A stretch of DNA of 57,331 nucleotides from Candidatus Thorarchaeota archaeon (GCA_016840855.1 JAEORO010000025.1:1-57331), one strand, 5' to 3'; numbered from the stretch's first letter, positions 18,874-28,160 are shown. Made by a program: numbers and translations. Notes: generated by a model not told the origin, from the letters alone.

Positions 18874-21747
18874 CTAGTAGTCAACGGTTGATCCTCCAAT
18901 TTCCATTTGTGCCATCAAGACTCCCACCTTTTCAAACGCTTTCTCAATCTCTAACCTTACGTTTATAGTGTCTACAACAGAGAAATACTGTCCTTGAGGA
19001 ACTCTCTCACATATTGATTCTAGTAACTCTTCTGTCGTGATTGCTTGCCCCGTTTCCTTTGAGATTATTCTTCTATCCGTATCCGCACGATTTCTAAGCT
19101 CTTGTCCAACTCCAATTATTAGCAGATTGACGTCTAGATGATGATCTCGAATAAAGCCCTCGATAGTAAGTGGTTTCTTTCTCTTCATTCTATCCTCTTC
19201 TGTGAGGATTCCCTCCAAAACATCTAATGAGTACGTTTTAGAGCTGTTATCCTGTCCATCAGTTAGAGCAATCACCCACCTATGTTCACTGGACTCTATT
19301 TTCTCAAGTTCTTCAAGTGCTCTTCCAAGAGCATCGTAGAAGGCTGTAGCATAATTTGGATATTTCAGGGAATTCAAAGTCCTAACTATTTTGTTCTCAT
19401 CATCTTCGCGCTCACCCTTTATTGTTAGAGGGAGAAGTTCTCTATATGATGAGTTGAAAACTATCACAGATACTGCATCTTGAGGATTCACCTGACTATG
19501 GAGAATCTCTAATGCACCATTAACTGCAGCTCTAATTCTATTCTGAGCCTGCATGCTGCCTGAGTAGTCAATCACGAATGTTACACTTTTCTTGAACATT
19601 ATAGAGCGTCTTAGTTTCTCTGCTTTCCTCCGAACATCATGACTAGGTTTGTTCTGCTGATCAAGAACATCACCAAGTCGTTGCATTGCGAATACAACCA
19701 GCCAAAGCTCATCTGTTTGCTGGCCATAAGAGATTGCCTCATTATAGGAATCTTCTGCTTTCTTCCATTTTGTTTGGACTTGATGTAGCTCTCCTTTGTG
19801 ATAGTGGATGTAAGCTAGACTTCTCAAGTAGTCTATTTTCTCAGCGATTTCCTTGGCTTCATCATACCTTGATTGAGCTTGACTGTACCGACCATCACGC
19901 ATCATGACAAGACCCATAGCATCATATCGTCTAGCAAGACCATATTGATTCTGAATAGTCCGGTCAATAGCTTCAGCATCCTCTAATAGCTTTAGTGATT
20001 TATCAGTATGACCTCTATCCATCTCAACCAGAGCCATGTTATGATAGAGCGAAGCAATTCTGATGAGCGCATCTTTCTCATCTGCTCCGTTCTCTTTTGC
20101 TTTTTCGAGTAGGTTATTTGCAATAATCATGGATTGTTCATAATAGTCCATTGCATTTCCTACATCTCCGCGTTGCCTGAACACATTTCCTATGTTCTGA
20201 AGCATTGTCTGCTGGCCAACATCAATCTGAAGTCTGCGACTGATTTCCAAAAGGTTCTGATAGTTCGCTAATGCTCTATTGAGGTCTCCTCTAATAAATG
20301 CCTGATTGCCGAATCTTGCAGCTTCTTGGAAACTAAGAAGTGCATCTACTGTGGTTCCGACTTCCTCATATAACGCCCCTGAAGTCGTTATTCCTCGCGT
20401 GAAATCTTGTCGAGCCATCTTGTTCACAAGGCGCGTCATCTCCGTAATTGGTTCAATTACAGATTGGGCTCTACGATACGACACAAGAGTAACAACTCCT
20501 GCAACAATTGCTAAAACAGCTCCCAGAGCTATAGTGAGTATCAGTGTCTGAGTTCCCACAAGATTAAGCATTGCTACTGCAGGCGCTATCACATCAGAAT
20601 CCGGAACTACCACAGCTAGCACATAGTCTGTGTTTGTAACATTTACGAAAGCCATGTGCCAAGTTTGTCCCCCTTTCTGAAATTCTTCTAGTCCCGAGTC
20701 TTCTACTAGAACTGATGAGCTCAATAGATTTCCAAATGCTACTGCCTCTGGACTTGTCATGCTACCGAACTCGAGCTCCTCAATCGGAAGCGGCTCATCA
20801 AATATTCCTAATTGAGGATGTGCAACAACGACTCCATCGCGATCAAGTAAGAATGAGTATCCATTCTCCAAGACCTCGAGATTCAACACATTCTCATTGA
20901 TTGTTAACATTGTAACATCTGCTGACACTACACCAATTAGCGTTCCATTATCATACCTGACTGGTCGTCCCATCGATATTACAAGTCCAACCGAAGGATC
21001 GATATATGGCTCCGTGAATACTATGCTGTTATCACTCGGATTTTGTGTAGCTACATTTGTGTACCAATCCTCTGCATTCGGGTCGTAATCTTCTGTTGGT
21101 AGTACTGGGTTTCCATCGTCGTCCTGTTGGAAATAAATGAGGTCATCAAATGGGTAATTTCTGAATAAGTGTTGGTTGGAAATTCCTAAATCAAATCCCA
21201 TGTATAACCATCTATAGTCTTCATTCATCTCATGAAGAGCTCTAAAGATGTTGACCATATTGGATGAAACGTCCAAAGCATACTGCGTTCCAGGAGATAG
21301 GTCATGAGGATCATCGTTATTCCATGCAAACCTTGGCATGTAATAGCAATCAGTTTCAAATGTGATATAATATGAAAAATACGCCTCTGTAATCTCCGGA
21401 TCTGTTTCAAAAGTCAAGTCCCCCCAATTAGGCTCCTCTGTTGAATCCCAGTAATAGCTATATCGAGGTGTTGCGTTGACTCTCTCATTGAATAGATCTT
21501 CGCAGTAAGCCTCCATCATATAGACTCCATCGACATAATTCTGCCATCTTTCTTCAATGAAAACGCCAGTGTCATTCGAAAGCCTGACTAAGTTCGCTAA
21601 CTCTTCAGCTTTCAACTCCTCCGCAGCATCAGCAGCATTAGCATTAGAAACATCATTGATAGCTATTATCGATAATGAAGAAATCACAAGAATCGGTATC
21701 AATGCTACAACGACAAACGTGACTACAATTCGCTTTGAGATGTTCAT
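18874..21747 (-). CDS. Transmembrane dCache_1-HAMP-TPR-vWA receptor
   Basis: TM1, dCache (YDPNAEDWY, EPYIDP, GYSFLLDRDGVVVAHP), TM2, HAMP (IEPITEM...EEVG), TPR array (NIGNVFRQRGD..AMDYYEQS), vWA with MIDAS IDYSGSM / TAFYDAL / LTDGQDN. Confidence 0.85.
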   Translation of the reverse strand: MNISKRIVVTFVVVALIPILVISSLSIIAINDVSNANAADAAEELKAEELANLVRLSNDTGVFIEERWQNYVDGVYMMEAYCEDLFNERVNATPRYSYYWDSTEEPNWGDLTFETDPEITEAYFSYYITFETDCYYMPRFAWNNDDPHDLSPGTQYALDVSSNMVNIFRALHEMNEDYRWLYMGFDLGISNQHLFRNYPFDDLIYFQQDDDGNPVLPTEDYDPNAEDWYTNVATQNPSDNSIVFTEPYIDPSVGLVISMGRPVRYDNGTLIGVVSADVTMLTINENVLNLEVLENGYSFLLDRDGVVVAHPQLGIFDEPLPIEELEFGSMTSPEAVAFGNLLSSSVLVEDSGLEEFQKGGQTWHMAFVNVTNTDYVLAVVVPDSDVIAPAVAMLNLVGTQTLILTIALGAVLAIVAGVVTLVSYRRAQSVIEPITEMTRLVNKMARQDFTRGITTSGALYEEVGTTVDALLSFQEAARFGNQAFIRGDLNRALANYQNLLEISRRLQIDVGQQTMLQNIGNVFRQRGDVGNAMDYYEQSMIIANNLLEKAKENGADEKDALIRIASLYHNMALVEMDRGHTDKSLKLLEDAEAIDRTIQNQYGLARRYDAMGLVMMRDGRYSQAQSRYDEAKEIAEKIDYLRSLAYIHYHKGELHQVQTKWKKAEDSYNEAISYGQQTDELWLVVFAMQRLGDVLDQQNKPSHDVRRKAEKLRRSIMFKKSVTFVIDYSGSMQAQNRIRAAVNGALEILHSQVNPQDAVSVIVFNSSYRELLPLTIKGEREDDENKIVRTLNSLKYPNYATAFYDALGRALEELEKIESSEHRWVIALTDGQDNSSKTYSLDVLEGILTEEDRMKRKKPLTIEGFIRDHHLDVNLLIIGVGQELRNRADTDRRIISKETGQAITTEELLESICERVPQGQYFSVVDTINVRLEIEKAFEKVGVLMAQMEIGGSTVDY

Positions 21748-21806
21748 TTGCTCTCCACCACTATTTTACTAATCTTCAGAATCAATGATTTCATCCTCAA
21801 TTGTCT

Positions 21807-23246
21807 TTATCCACTCCAAGTGCCCAGTTCATCTAGAAGCTTTCTTTCGAAATCATTGAGGTCTTGTTTCTTTTCGAGTGTGAACTCATCGTCAGACAAT
21901 GAGCCTTGAATTGCTCCCTCACCAAGTAGGATGATAAGGGTACGCCGCAATATTCTTCGATTTACTCCGGTTTCTTGTTCTAGATGACGAATGTCCAATG
22001 TATCAGTTCCACGGAGAAGGTTTCGAAGAGTTCCTTTCACTTTTTGGATGTCGTGTTTTGAAGGTGCTGGAATCTTCTTCTTGGGCTCTGTTCTTACAAA
22101 TGTGTTACCATCAATGTGTCCCTCGATTACATCACTCTGAATCATAGCTTGAAGGCTACGACGTAAATTGTATGCTGCTGGTCTAGGAAGCGTTCTTCTA
22201 AGAATTCTATCAAGTTCCTTGAGTTTTATCCTGTTGTGTTTAGATGTAATCGAATCAATGCTTTCTTGGATATACTCCTCTAGGATATACTCCTCAATCA
22301 TTTCCAATTGAGCTCCGCAAGACGTACAGGTTGACGCTTCTGGTGTTGTTGGTGCACCACAATTCCCACATTTTATCGCTCTTCTGTATAGAACTGTCTT
22401 TGTCGAACCAATCTGCTGTAGAATTACTTTCTCAGTCCTTGTTACCTTTCCTGACTCTTGGACTTCCCAAAAGCTAAGCTTATGGTTTTTTGTACTAACT
22501 ACAAGAAAGGCGACATCTGAAATGTCATCGGGGATCCCGGTAGCCATTGCTCTGGGAATGTCTTCAACATCAAGTCGGGCAATCTCATTCCCATCGATGT
22601 CCCAAATCCGCAGTGTTGAAGAATGGTCCCCGGTAATGAACAAAATTCGATCACTGAATGAAAGAACCGCAAAGACTGAAAGACCTGGACCTAATTGCAG
22701 TTCTTTTAGTTGGTAGCCAGCTGCAGTGAGGACTGTAACCAAACCACTCATTTCAGCTACGACTACTTCCAATTCAGTGTCCTTTGTTATGTCTTCAAGC
22801 CAAACGTCAGCGATAGGGTCTCTCATTGTTCTCGTGAAAATTGTATCCTTGTCATCATTGTATAGTATAACTCGGTTGTTTTCTAATGCAACAACTACCT
22901 CTGCTGCATCATCTCCGTCGATATCACGTGCATCACATGCAACAATATTACTCTCTAGTCTAATGTTCCAAACTGGACTTCCTCTGTGGTCTACAACAAG
23001 GACTTTTTTTCCTACTCCTCCCACAAGAGCATCTTTTCCTTCTCCTTCGATATCAGCTACTGCAATGCATCTGACCTTACTGCTCCACTTTCTAGCACTG
23101 CGAAGAATTCCCTTTGCATCAAAGACTCTGAGCTGGTCACCGTAATCTAGTGAAAAGATTTGAGTGCTGGCATCCTTTCTCTGTCTCACGTACACAGAGT
23201 ACACATTCGCAGAAGTCAACACATTTGCAACTGAGCGAATCTTCAA
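21807..23246 (-). CDS. FG-GAP-type beta-propeller + zinc ribbon + tandem PCI-like winged helices
   Basis: ADIEGEGKD, DIDGDDAAE and DITKDTELE loops; CGNCG-x9-CTSCG; LQAMIQSDVIEGHIDG and LLGEGAIQGSLSD. Confidence 0.7.
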   Translation of the reverse strand: MKIRSVANVLTSANVYSVYVRQRKDASTQIFSLDYGDQLRVFDAKGILRSARKWSSKVRCIAVADIEGEGKDALVGGVGKKVLVVDHRGSPVWNIRLESNIVACDARDIDGDDAAEVVVALENNRVILYNDDKDTIFTRTMRDPIADVWLEDITKDTELEVVVAEMSGLVTVLTAAGYQLKELQLGPGLSVFAVLSFSDRILFITGDHSSTLRIWDIDGNEIARLDVEDIPRAMATGIPDDISDVAFLVVSTKNHKLSFWEVQESGKVTRTEKVILQQIGSTKTVLYRRAIKCGNCGAPTTPEASTCTSCGAQLEMIEEYILEEYIQESIDSITSKHNRIKLKELDRILRRTLPRPAAYNLRRSLQAMIQSDVIEGHIDGNTFVRTEPKKKIPAPSKHDIQKVKGTLRNLLRGTDTLDIRHLEQETGVNRRILRRTLIILLGEGAIQGSLSDDEFTLEKKQDLNDFERKLLDELGTWSG

Positions 23247-23312
23247 TTTCTTCTCTGCACCTTGTGAACACTTGTTGCATAGCCATATAAGTGTGCATAG
23301 ACTTCGAGCAGA

Positions 23313-24392
23313 ATGATGAGCAGTTCAAAGAGTTGCAGGGTTGGCTTTCTCTGGAGTCCTAGTCTAGAAACTTTCAATTTTGGATCAAAGCACCCAATTA
23401 AAGTCGGACGCTTTCAGATGGTGCGTGACTTTCTTGCTGAAAATGATTTCCTTAGCCAGCCAAATGTTGAGATTTTGACACCTCAACCACTATCTGATGA
23501 ACTTTTACGCATGACTCATACAATAGAGTATCTCGATGCAGTTCGAAGAATATCCGAAACCGGTGAAGGTGAGATTGCTATAGATACACCTGGATTTCTT
23601 GGTATTTTTGAGAATGCCAGCATAACATCAGGTGCAACAGTTACCGGGGTTCGTGCAGTAACAGATGGAATTGTAGACCATTTCCTCTCACCAACTGGTG
23701 GATTTCATCACGCCAAATTTGAGTGGGGCGGTGGGTTTTGCATATTTAACGATGTGGCTGCTGCTGTATATGAGTTGAAATCTCTAGGATATCAAAGAAT
23801 CTTAATTGCTGATTTTGATGTACATCATGGAAATGGGACTCAAGCTTACTTTTATGATGACCCAGAAGTCATGCAGATCTCTTTCCACGAAGACCCGGAA
23901 TGGATGTTCCCACATGATGGATTCATCGAGGATATAGGCGAAGGAGCAGGCTGCGGATACAACATCAACATGCATTTTCCTATGGATTCCTGCGATGACG
24001 TCTATAGATATGCCTTCGATGAGCTTGTACCACCCCTTGTAGATTTCTTTCAGCCAGAGTTCATCATTTTTCTCCCGGGTTTCGACGCTCACTATAGAGA
24101 TCGTCTTGCACATCTCAATCTGACAACTGACATTATCAGATACATAACTTCCTACTTTCACGATGCAGCTCATAGATTTAGTCAGGGTCGTTTTGGAGTT
24201 CTTGCGGGGGGTGGCTATACTAATGAATCATTCAAATGGGGTATTGGAATTGTAATGTCTGTCCTCTCAGGCTACAATTATGAACCACCTAAGCAAGAAC
24301 CACCATTTGAAGACGATGAAGAAACATGGACTGCTGTTAAACATAATGTTGAGAAGGTCAAACGATTAGTTTTTCCGATTCTAGGTCTTTAG
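23313..24392 (+). CDS. Zn-dependent histone deacetylase/AcuC/acetylpolyamine amidohydrolase family protein
   Basis: HPIK, GGFHHA, GFCIFND, DFDVHHGNG, GFDAH, GGGY. Confidence 0.92.
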   Translation: MMSSSKSCRVGFLWSPSLETFNFGSKHPIKVGRFQMVRDFLAENDFLSQPNVEILTPQPLSDELLRMTHTIEYLDAVRRISETGEGEIAIDTPGFLGIFENASITSGATVTGVRAVTDGIVDHFLSPTGGFHHAKFEWGGGFCIFNDVAAAVYELKSLGYQRILIADFDVHHGNGTQAYFYDDPEVMQISFHEDPEWMFPHDGFIEDIGEGAGCGYNINMHFPMDSCDDVYRYAFDELVPPLVDFFQPEFIIFLPGFDAHYRDRLAHLNLTTDIIRYITSYFHDAAHRFSQGRFGVLAGGGYTNESFKWGIGIVMSVLSGYNYEPPKQEPPFEDDEETWTAVKHNVEKVKRLVFPILGL

Positions 24393-24404
24393 AAAAATAA
24401 TGTT

Positions 24405-25283
24405 TCAGTTCGAGGGTTTCCAAAAATGGAGTAGATACTCGAAAGTTGTTGTTAGTGTTATGTAATTAGAAGGCCAGCCAAAGATACCAACCTTGTTTAC
24501 AATGTTACGTCTGTCCCAAATTATTGTATTTCGAAGTTCATACCCAACCTTTTGAAGTGTTTCAATTACGTTCACGTGAATTGGTATGCGTTGTCCTTTC
24601 CACCAGTAATCGGAGATATTGATCACACAATTTCCTTTTGGTTTTAGAAGAGGTAAAATTTGCTCAAAGATATTACCTAAGGAGCTAGCGTATTGTTTCG
24701 CATTCATCGTTCCAAGATCTCGAGAGTCTGCGGAATACTGTTGTATTTCAAGGAAATGTTCATTCTCTCTGAGATCTCCACGTTTGCTCTTATTTCTTCG
24801 TTCTCTATTTAGTAAATTCGCATACGGTGGTGAGGTTATACATAGGCTTACTGTTCCCTCCTCAAAATATTCTGATATGTTCAATGCATCGTCATTAATC
24901 GCTATCTGGACTGTTTCATCTTGATTACTCATTAATCGTGTTTTTGCTAACTCAATATATTCTGCTTTAAGATCAAATCCTACCGCATTGCGTCCAAGGT
25001 CTTGAGCTGCCACCAATGTGGTACCAATGCCAACAAACGGATCAATAACAAGTTCGCCTTTATGTGTGAACAATCTAATACATTTCTCAGGTAGCGCGAT
25101 AGGAAAAACAGCAGGGTGAATGTGTTTATCGCGAATATCTCTCTTTTGATAATAGAACTCCCATATTGCAACCTGTGATTGCATCCATTCTTTCGCTGTC
25201 ATACAGTTAATGTGCTTCGGAGAGCAGTCACATGTTTTTTGGTATCCAATCATTAGAGGTTTTGAAATTTCAATCAAGGGCAT
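24405..25283 (-). CDS. Solitary N4-C/N6-A DNA methyltransferase
   Basis: HPAVFP, DPFVGIGT (motif I), ITSPPY (motif IV). Confidence 0.88.
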   Translation of the reverse strand: MPLIEISKPLMIGYQKTCDCSPKHINCMTAKEWMQSQVAIWEFYYQKRDIRDKHIHPAVFPIALPEKCIRLFTHKGELVIDPFVGIGTTLVAAQDLGRNAVGFDLKAEYIELAKTRLMSNQDETVQIAINDDALNISEYFEEGTVSLCITSPPYANLLNRERRNKSKRGDLRENEHFLEIQQYSADSRDLGTMNAKQYASSLGNIFEQILPLLKPKGNCVINISDYWWKGQRIPIHVNVIETLQKVGYELRNTIIWDRRNIVNKVGIFGWPSNYITLTTTFEYLLHFWKPSN

Positions 25284-25548
25284 CAGGTCCTAATCGCTTA
25301 TTACACATATGGCGCTTACTGTTTGTGGCCTATCATTCAGTACTTTCAAATACCGATTGATTGTTAAGATGCTTAATCTATCAGGATACGGGTGTAGGAA
25401 AGCTAGAACGAAGTTACGGATGAATCCACTTAGGAGCTAGGAAGGCATAAAATGCGAAAATGTTGTTTCAATTCTAAAATGCTTCGTTAATAATACACCC
25501 GATTTAATCAAGAAGTCTAAGAAAAATTGAAGCTGGAGTATTCCGGAA

Positions 25549-27024
25549 ATGCCACAGGGTGCTGAAAAACGGGTTCAGAAGAACAAATCAGATAAATCTA
25601 GCAAGAGAAACTCGTTCTTCGATCCCTCGGCAAACAAGACAATTTTGAAAATCATCCTTGACAATGCACATGAGGGTATTGTTATTGTTGGTGATGATTA
25701 TATTCTAGAGTATATCAACGAACCGGGTGCGACAATTTTTGGTGGCAAAATTAAAGATCTAATTGGTTATGACTTCCGTCAATTTTTGCGAGATGATATG
25801 GTAAAGATCGTTGCAGAAAGATATGAACGCAGACGGAGAGGTGAAGAGGTCCCAGAGGTATACCCATTCACTATTATTCGAAAAGATGGAGTGGAAATCA
25901 TTCTCGAAGGACGAGTAGAAATATTCCAGACAACTGACGGTAAGATCAAAACCATTGCTCATTTTCTTGACATAACTCAGCTCCTTAAAAATAGGGATGC
26001 TCTTGAAGAGTCTGAAACAAGGTATAAGTTACTAGTTGAAACTATGAATGATGGTCTCGCAATTGATGATGAATCCGGTAACTTGGTTTACGCCAACGAA
26101 GCTTTTTGTCGAATGCTCGGATATGAATCCTCTGAAATACTTGGTAAAAGATGGACAGATTTCACAGAGGAAATGACTGTAGACGAATTCAACAAAAAAA
26201 TGTCTGAGCGAAAATCTGGAGTTACAGACAGCTATGAACTGAATTGGGTCAGTAAAACTGGAGAAATTATCCCAACTATTATTTCCGCTACTCCATATTT
26301 CGACCGTTCTGGTAAGTTCATTGGTACTTTTGCAGTAATCACTCAAATCTCATCTCAGAAAGAAGCAGAAGAAACTGTCCAGTTCTATCTAGATTTACTC
26401 GGTCATGACATCACTAACCAACTCCAAGTGATCATGACTAGTACTGGACTTCTTGAAGAAGAAGTACCTCCATCTTACATCGTTGATGCAAGAAAGGACA
26501 TTCTTGATGCCGTGGAGCGATGCAATCGGCTCATTACTAAAGTGAAACGTGCTGCTCAAATTCGGTACATTCCACTCTCCCGGATTGATGCGATTCCTAT
26601 TCTAAAGGAGAAAATCAAAGTTTTAGAACGAGTTTATGGAGCCCAAGTGCATGTCCAAGGATTGAAAAAGAATCTCATAGTTGAAGCTGATGTTTTACTA
26701 GGTGAGATGCTCTGGAATCTATTGGAGAATGCAGCTCGTCACAATCCAAAAGAAAGGAAGCAAGTCTGGATTGAATGCGAAGAAAAAGCTGACTCTTATA
26801 ACATAATGATATCTGATGATGGACCCGGTCTCAGTGATTTAAGAAAAAGCACTCTGTTCAAAGAGCGAAAACATGGCGGTGGCGTAGGAATAGCTCTAGT
26901 ATCACAAATGATACGGAAATATGGTGGATCGATTGAAGTTCAAGATAGAGTAGATGGTAAACCTGCTCTGGGTTCAAAATTCATTGTAACTCTTAAAAAA
27001 GCAAAATCTAGAAAGAAGAGATAG
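25549..27024 (+). CDS. Soluble PAS-PAS sensor histidine kinase
   Basis: Two PAS domains; H-box LLGHDITNQL; N-box NLLENAARH; DDGPG; GGGVGIALV. Confidence 0.9.
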   Translation: MPQGAEKRVQKNKSDKSSKRNSFFDPSANKTILKIILDNAHEGIVIVGDDYILEYINEPGATIFGGKIKDLIGYDFRQFLRDDMVKIVAERYERRRRGEEVPEVYPFTIIRKDGVEIILEGRVEIFQTTDGKIKTIAHFLDITQLLKNRDALEESETRYKLLVETMNDGLAIDDESGNLVYANEAFCRMLGYESSEILGKRWTDFTEEMTVDEFNKKMSERKSGVTDSYELNWVSKTGEIIPTIISATPYFDRSGKFIGTFAVITQISSQKEAEETVQFYLDLLGHDITNQLQVIMTSTGLLEEEVPPSYIVDARKDILDAVERCNRLITKVKRAAQIRYIPLSRIDAIPILKEKIKVLERVYGAQVHVQGLKKNLIVEADVLLGEMLWNLLENAARHNPKERKQVWIECEEKADSYNIMISDDGPGLSDLRKSTLFKERKHGGGVGIALVSQMIRKYGGSIEVQDRVDGKPALGSKFIVTLKKAKSRKKR

Positions 27025-27035
27025 TATCTGCACTA

Positions 27036-27329
27036 TCATCGGATGCGGTTCTCAATACGTTCGTAAAGTCCTTCAAAGAAGTCCTTCTTTCTAACCTTTC
27101 CTTTGTTAATAGCGAAGAAGTTGGTTCTTATGCGATAGAGTTTATTCTTAATCTCACTATATTTCTTCAACTTTTTCTTCCCGACCGCATTATCAATAAC
27201 TGTTGTAACAGCTTCCGGAAAGTTGTCAATATATTGGCACTGTTTGATCTGAATATGAAACAGTGTACTTTGAAGAATGTCGTTTCTAGAGATACATTTA
27301 TTCTCCATGGTCATATGCACGGTCCCCAC
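27036..27329 (-). CDS. Small basic hypothetical protein
   Basis: 97-aa ORF converging on the kinase stop and filling the gap; no family recognised. Confidence 0.5.
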   Translation of the reverse strand: MGTVHMTMENKCISRNDILQSTLFHIQIKQCQYIDNFPEAVTTVIDNAVGKKKLKKYSEIKNKLYRIRTNFFAINKGKVRKKDFFEGLYERIENRIR

Positions 27330-27464
27330 AAGTTCGCAAGAGGTTTTATCTTAAGTAAGTTCTAGAAAAAAGCTTCAAGAAATCTAGTAATACTACTCCA
27401 ATATTGCCTCGTGCAGGTCGTAATATGGAACTGTGAAAATAGTAAGATATGGAATTGAAGGGCT

Positions 27465-28160
27465 ATGCGTGTTGCATCTATAATTGACATCAGTCTTGTT
27501 GACGTTCCCGGTATCCCAGTAACTGTACTTTTCACTGCAGGATGCAACTTGGATTGTCCATACTGTCAAAATGCAGAAATCATCGCTCGCACATCTGGCG
27601 AAGAAATGACAATCGAAGATATTGTGCATCAACTTCAAGGAAATCTTACAGATGGTTATTGCATTACAGGGGGTGAGCCTACAATCCATAAAGAGCTTCC
27701 AGATTTGCTGAAAAAACTACGAATTGAAGATACAAAACATATCAATCTCAATACTCAGGGAACAATTCCAGATGTCCTAGAGAAATCGCTTCCTTTCTTG
27801 GATTCAATATGGTTTGATATCAAAACAATTCCTCAGCGTTATTGCGAGGTGACCCGTGTAAAGTACAATCCTTGGCCTCGAGTTGAGCAGAGTATAAAGT
27901 TGATTCTCGACTCCAATGTTGCATTCTGGCCGAGGACAACATACGTTGGTGGACTTGTCAAACCATCTGAAATTTTAGAAATATCTCAATTGTTAATTAA
28001 TTTGGGATATGCTGGCGAGTATACTGTACAGAATTACGTGAAATCCTCGGGAACACGACCAGATGAAGTGAAAGATTTTTTGGAACCTTCTATTGAAGAT
28101 CTTGAATCAGTTCTCAATCATATTCCCGATGGAGTCAAATTACGTTTAGAATGGCGATAA
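27465..28160 (+). CDS. Anaerobic ribonucleotide reductase activase-like radical SAM protein
   Basis: GCNLDCPYCQN (CxxxCxxC), ITGGEPT, DIK, RTT, QNY. Confidence 0.85.
   Translation: MRVASIIDISLVDVPGIPVTVLFTAGCNLDCPYCQNAEIIARTSGEEMTIEDIVHQLQGNLTDGYCITGGEPTIHKELPDLLKKLRIEDTKHINLNTQGTIPDVLEKSLPFLDSIWFDIKTIPQRYCEVTRVKYNPWPRVEQSIKLILDSNVAFWPRTTYVGGLVKPSEILEISQLLINLGYAGEYTVQNYVKSSGTRPDEVKDFLEPSIEDLESVLNHIPDGVKLRLEWR

Noticed and set aside
25549-27024. Histidine kinase as the missing output of the Cache receptors
   Set aside because: Separate transcription unit on the opposite strand with its own PAS inputs; orphan PAS kinases are common in archaea
27036-27329. Ribosomal protein call for the basic 97-aa ORF
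   Set aside because: No recognisable ribosomal-protein signature
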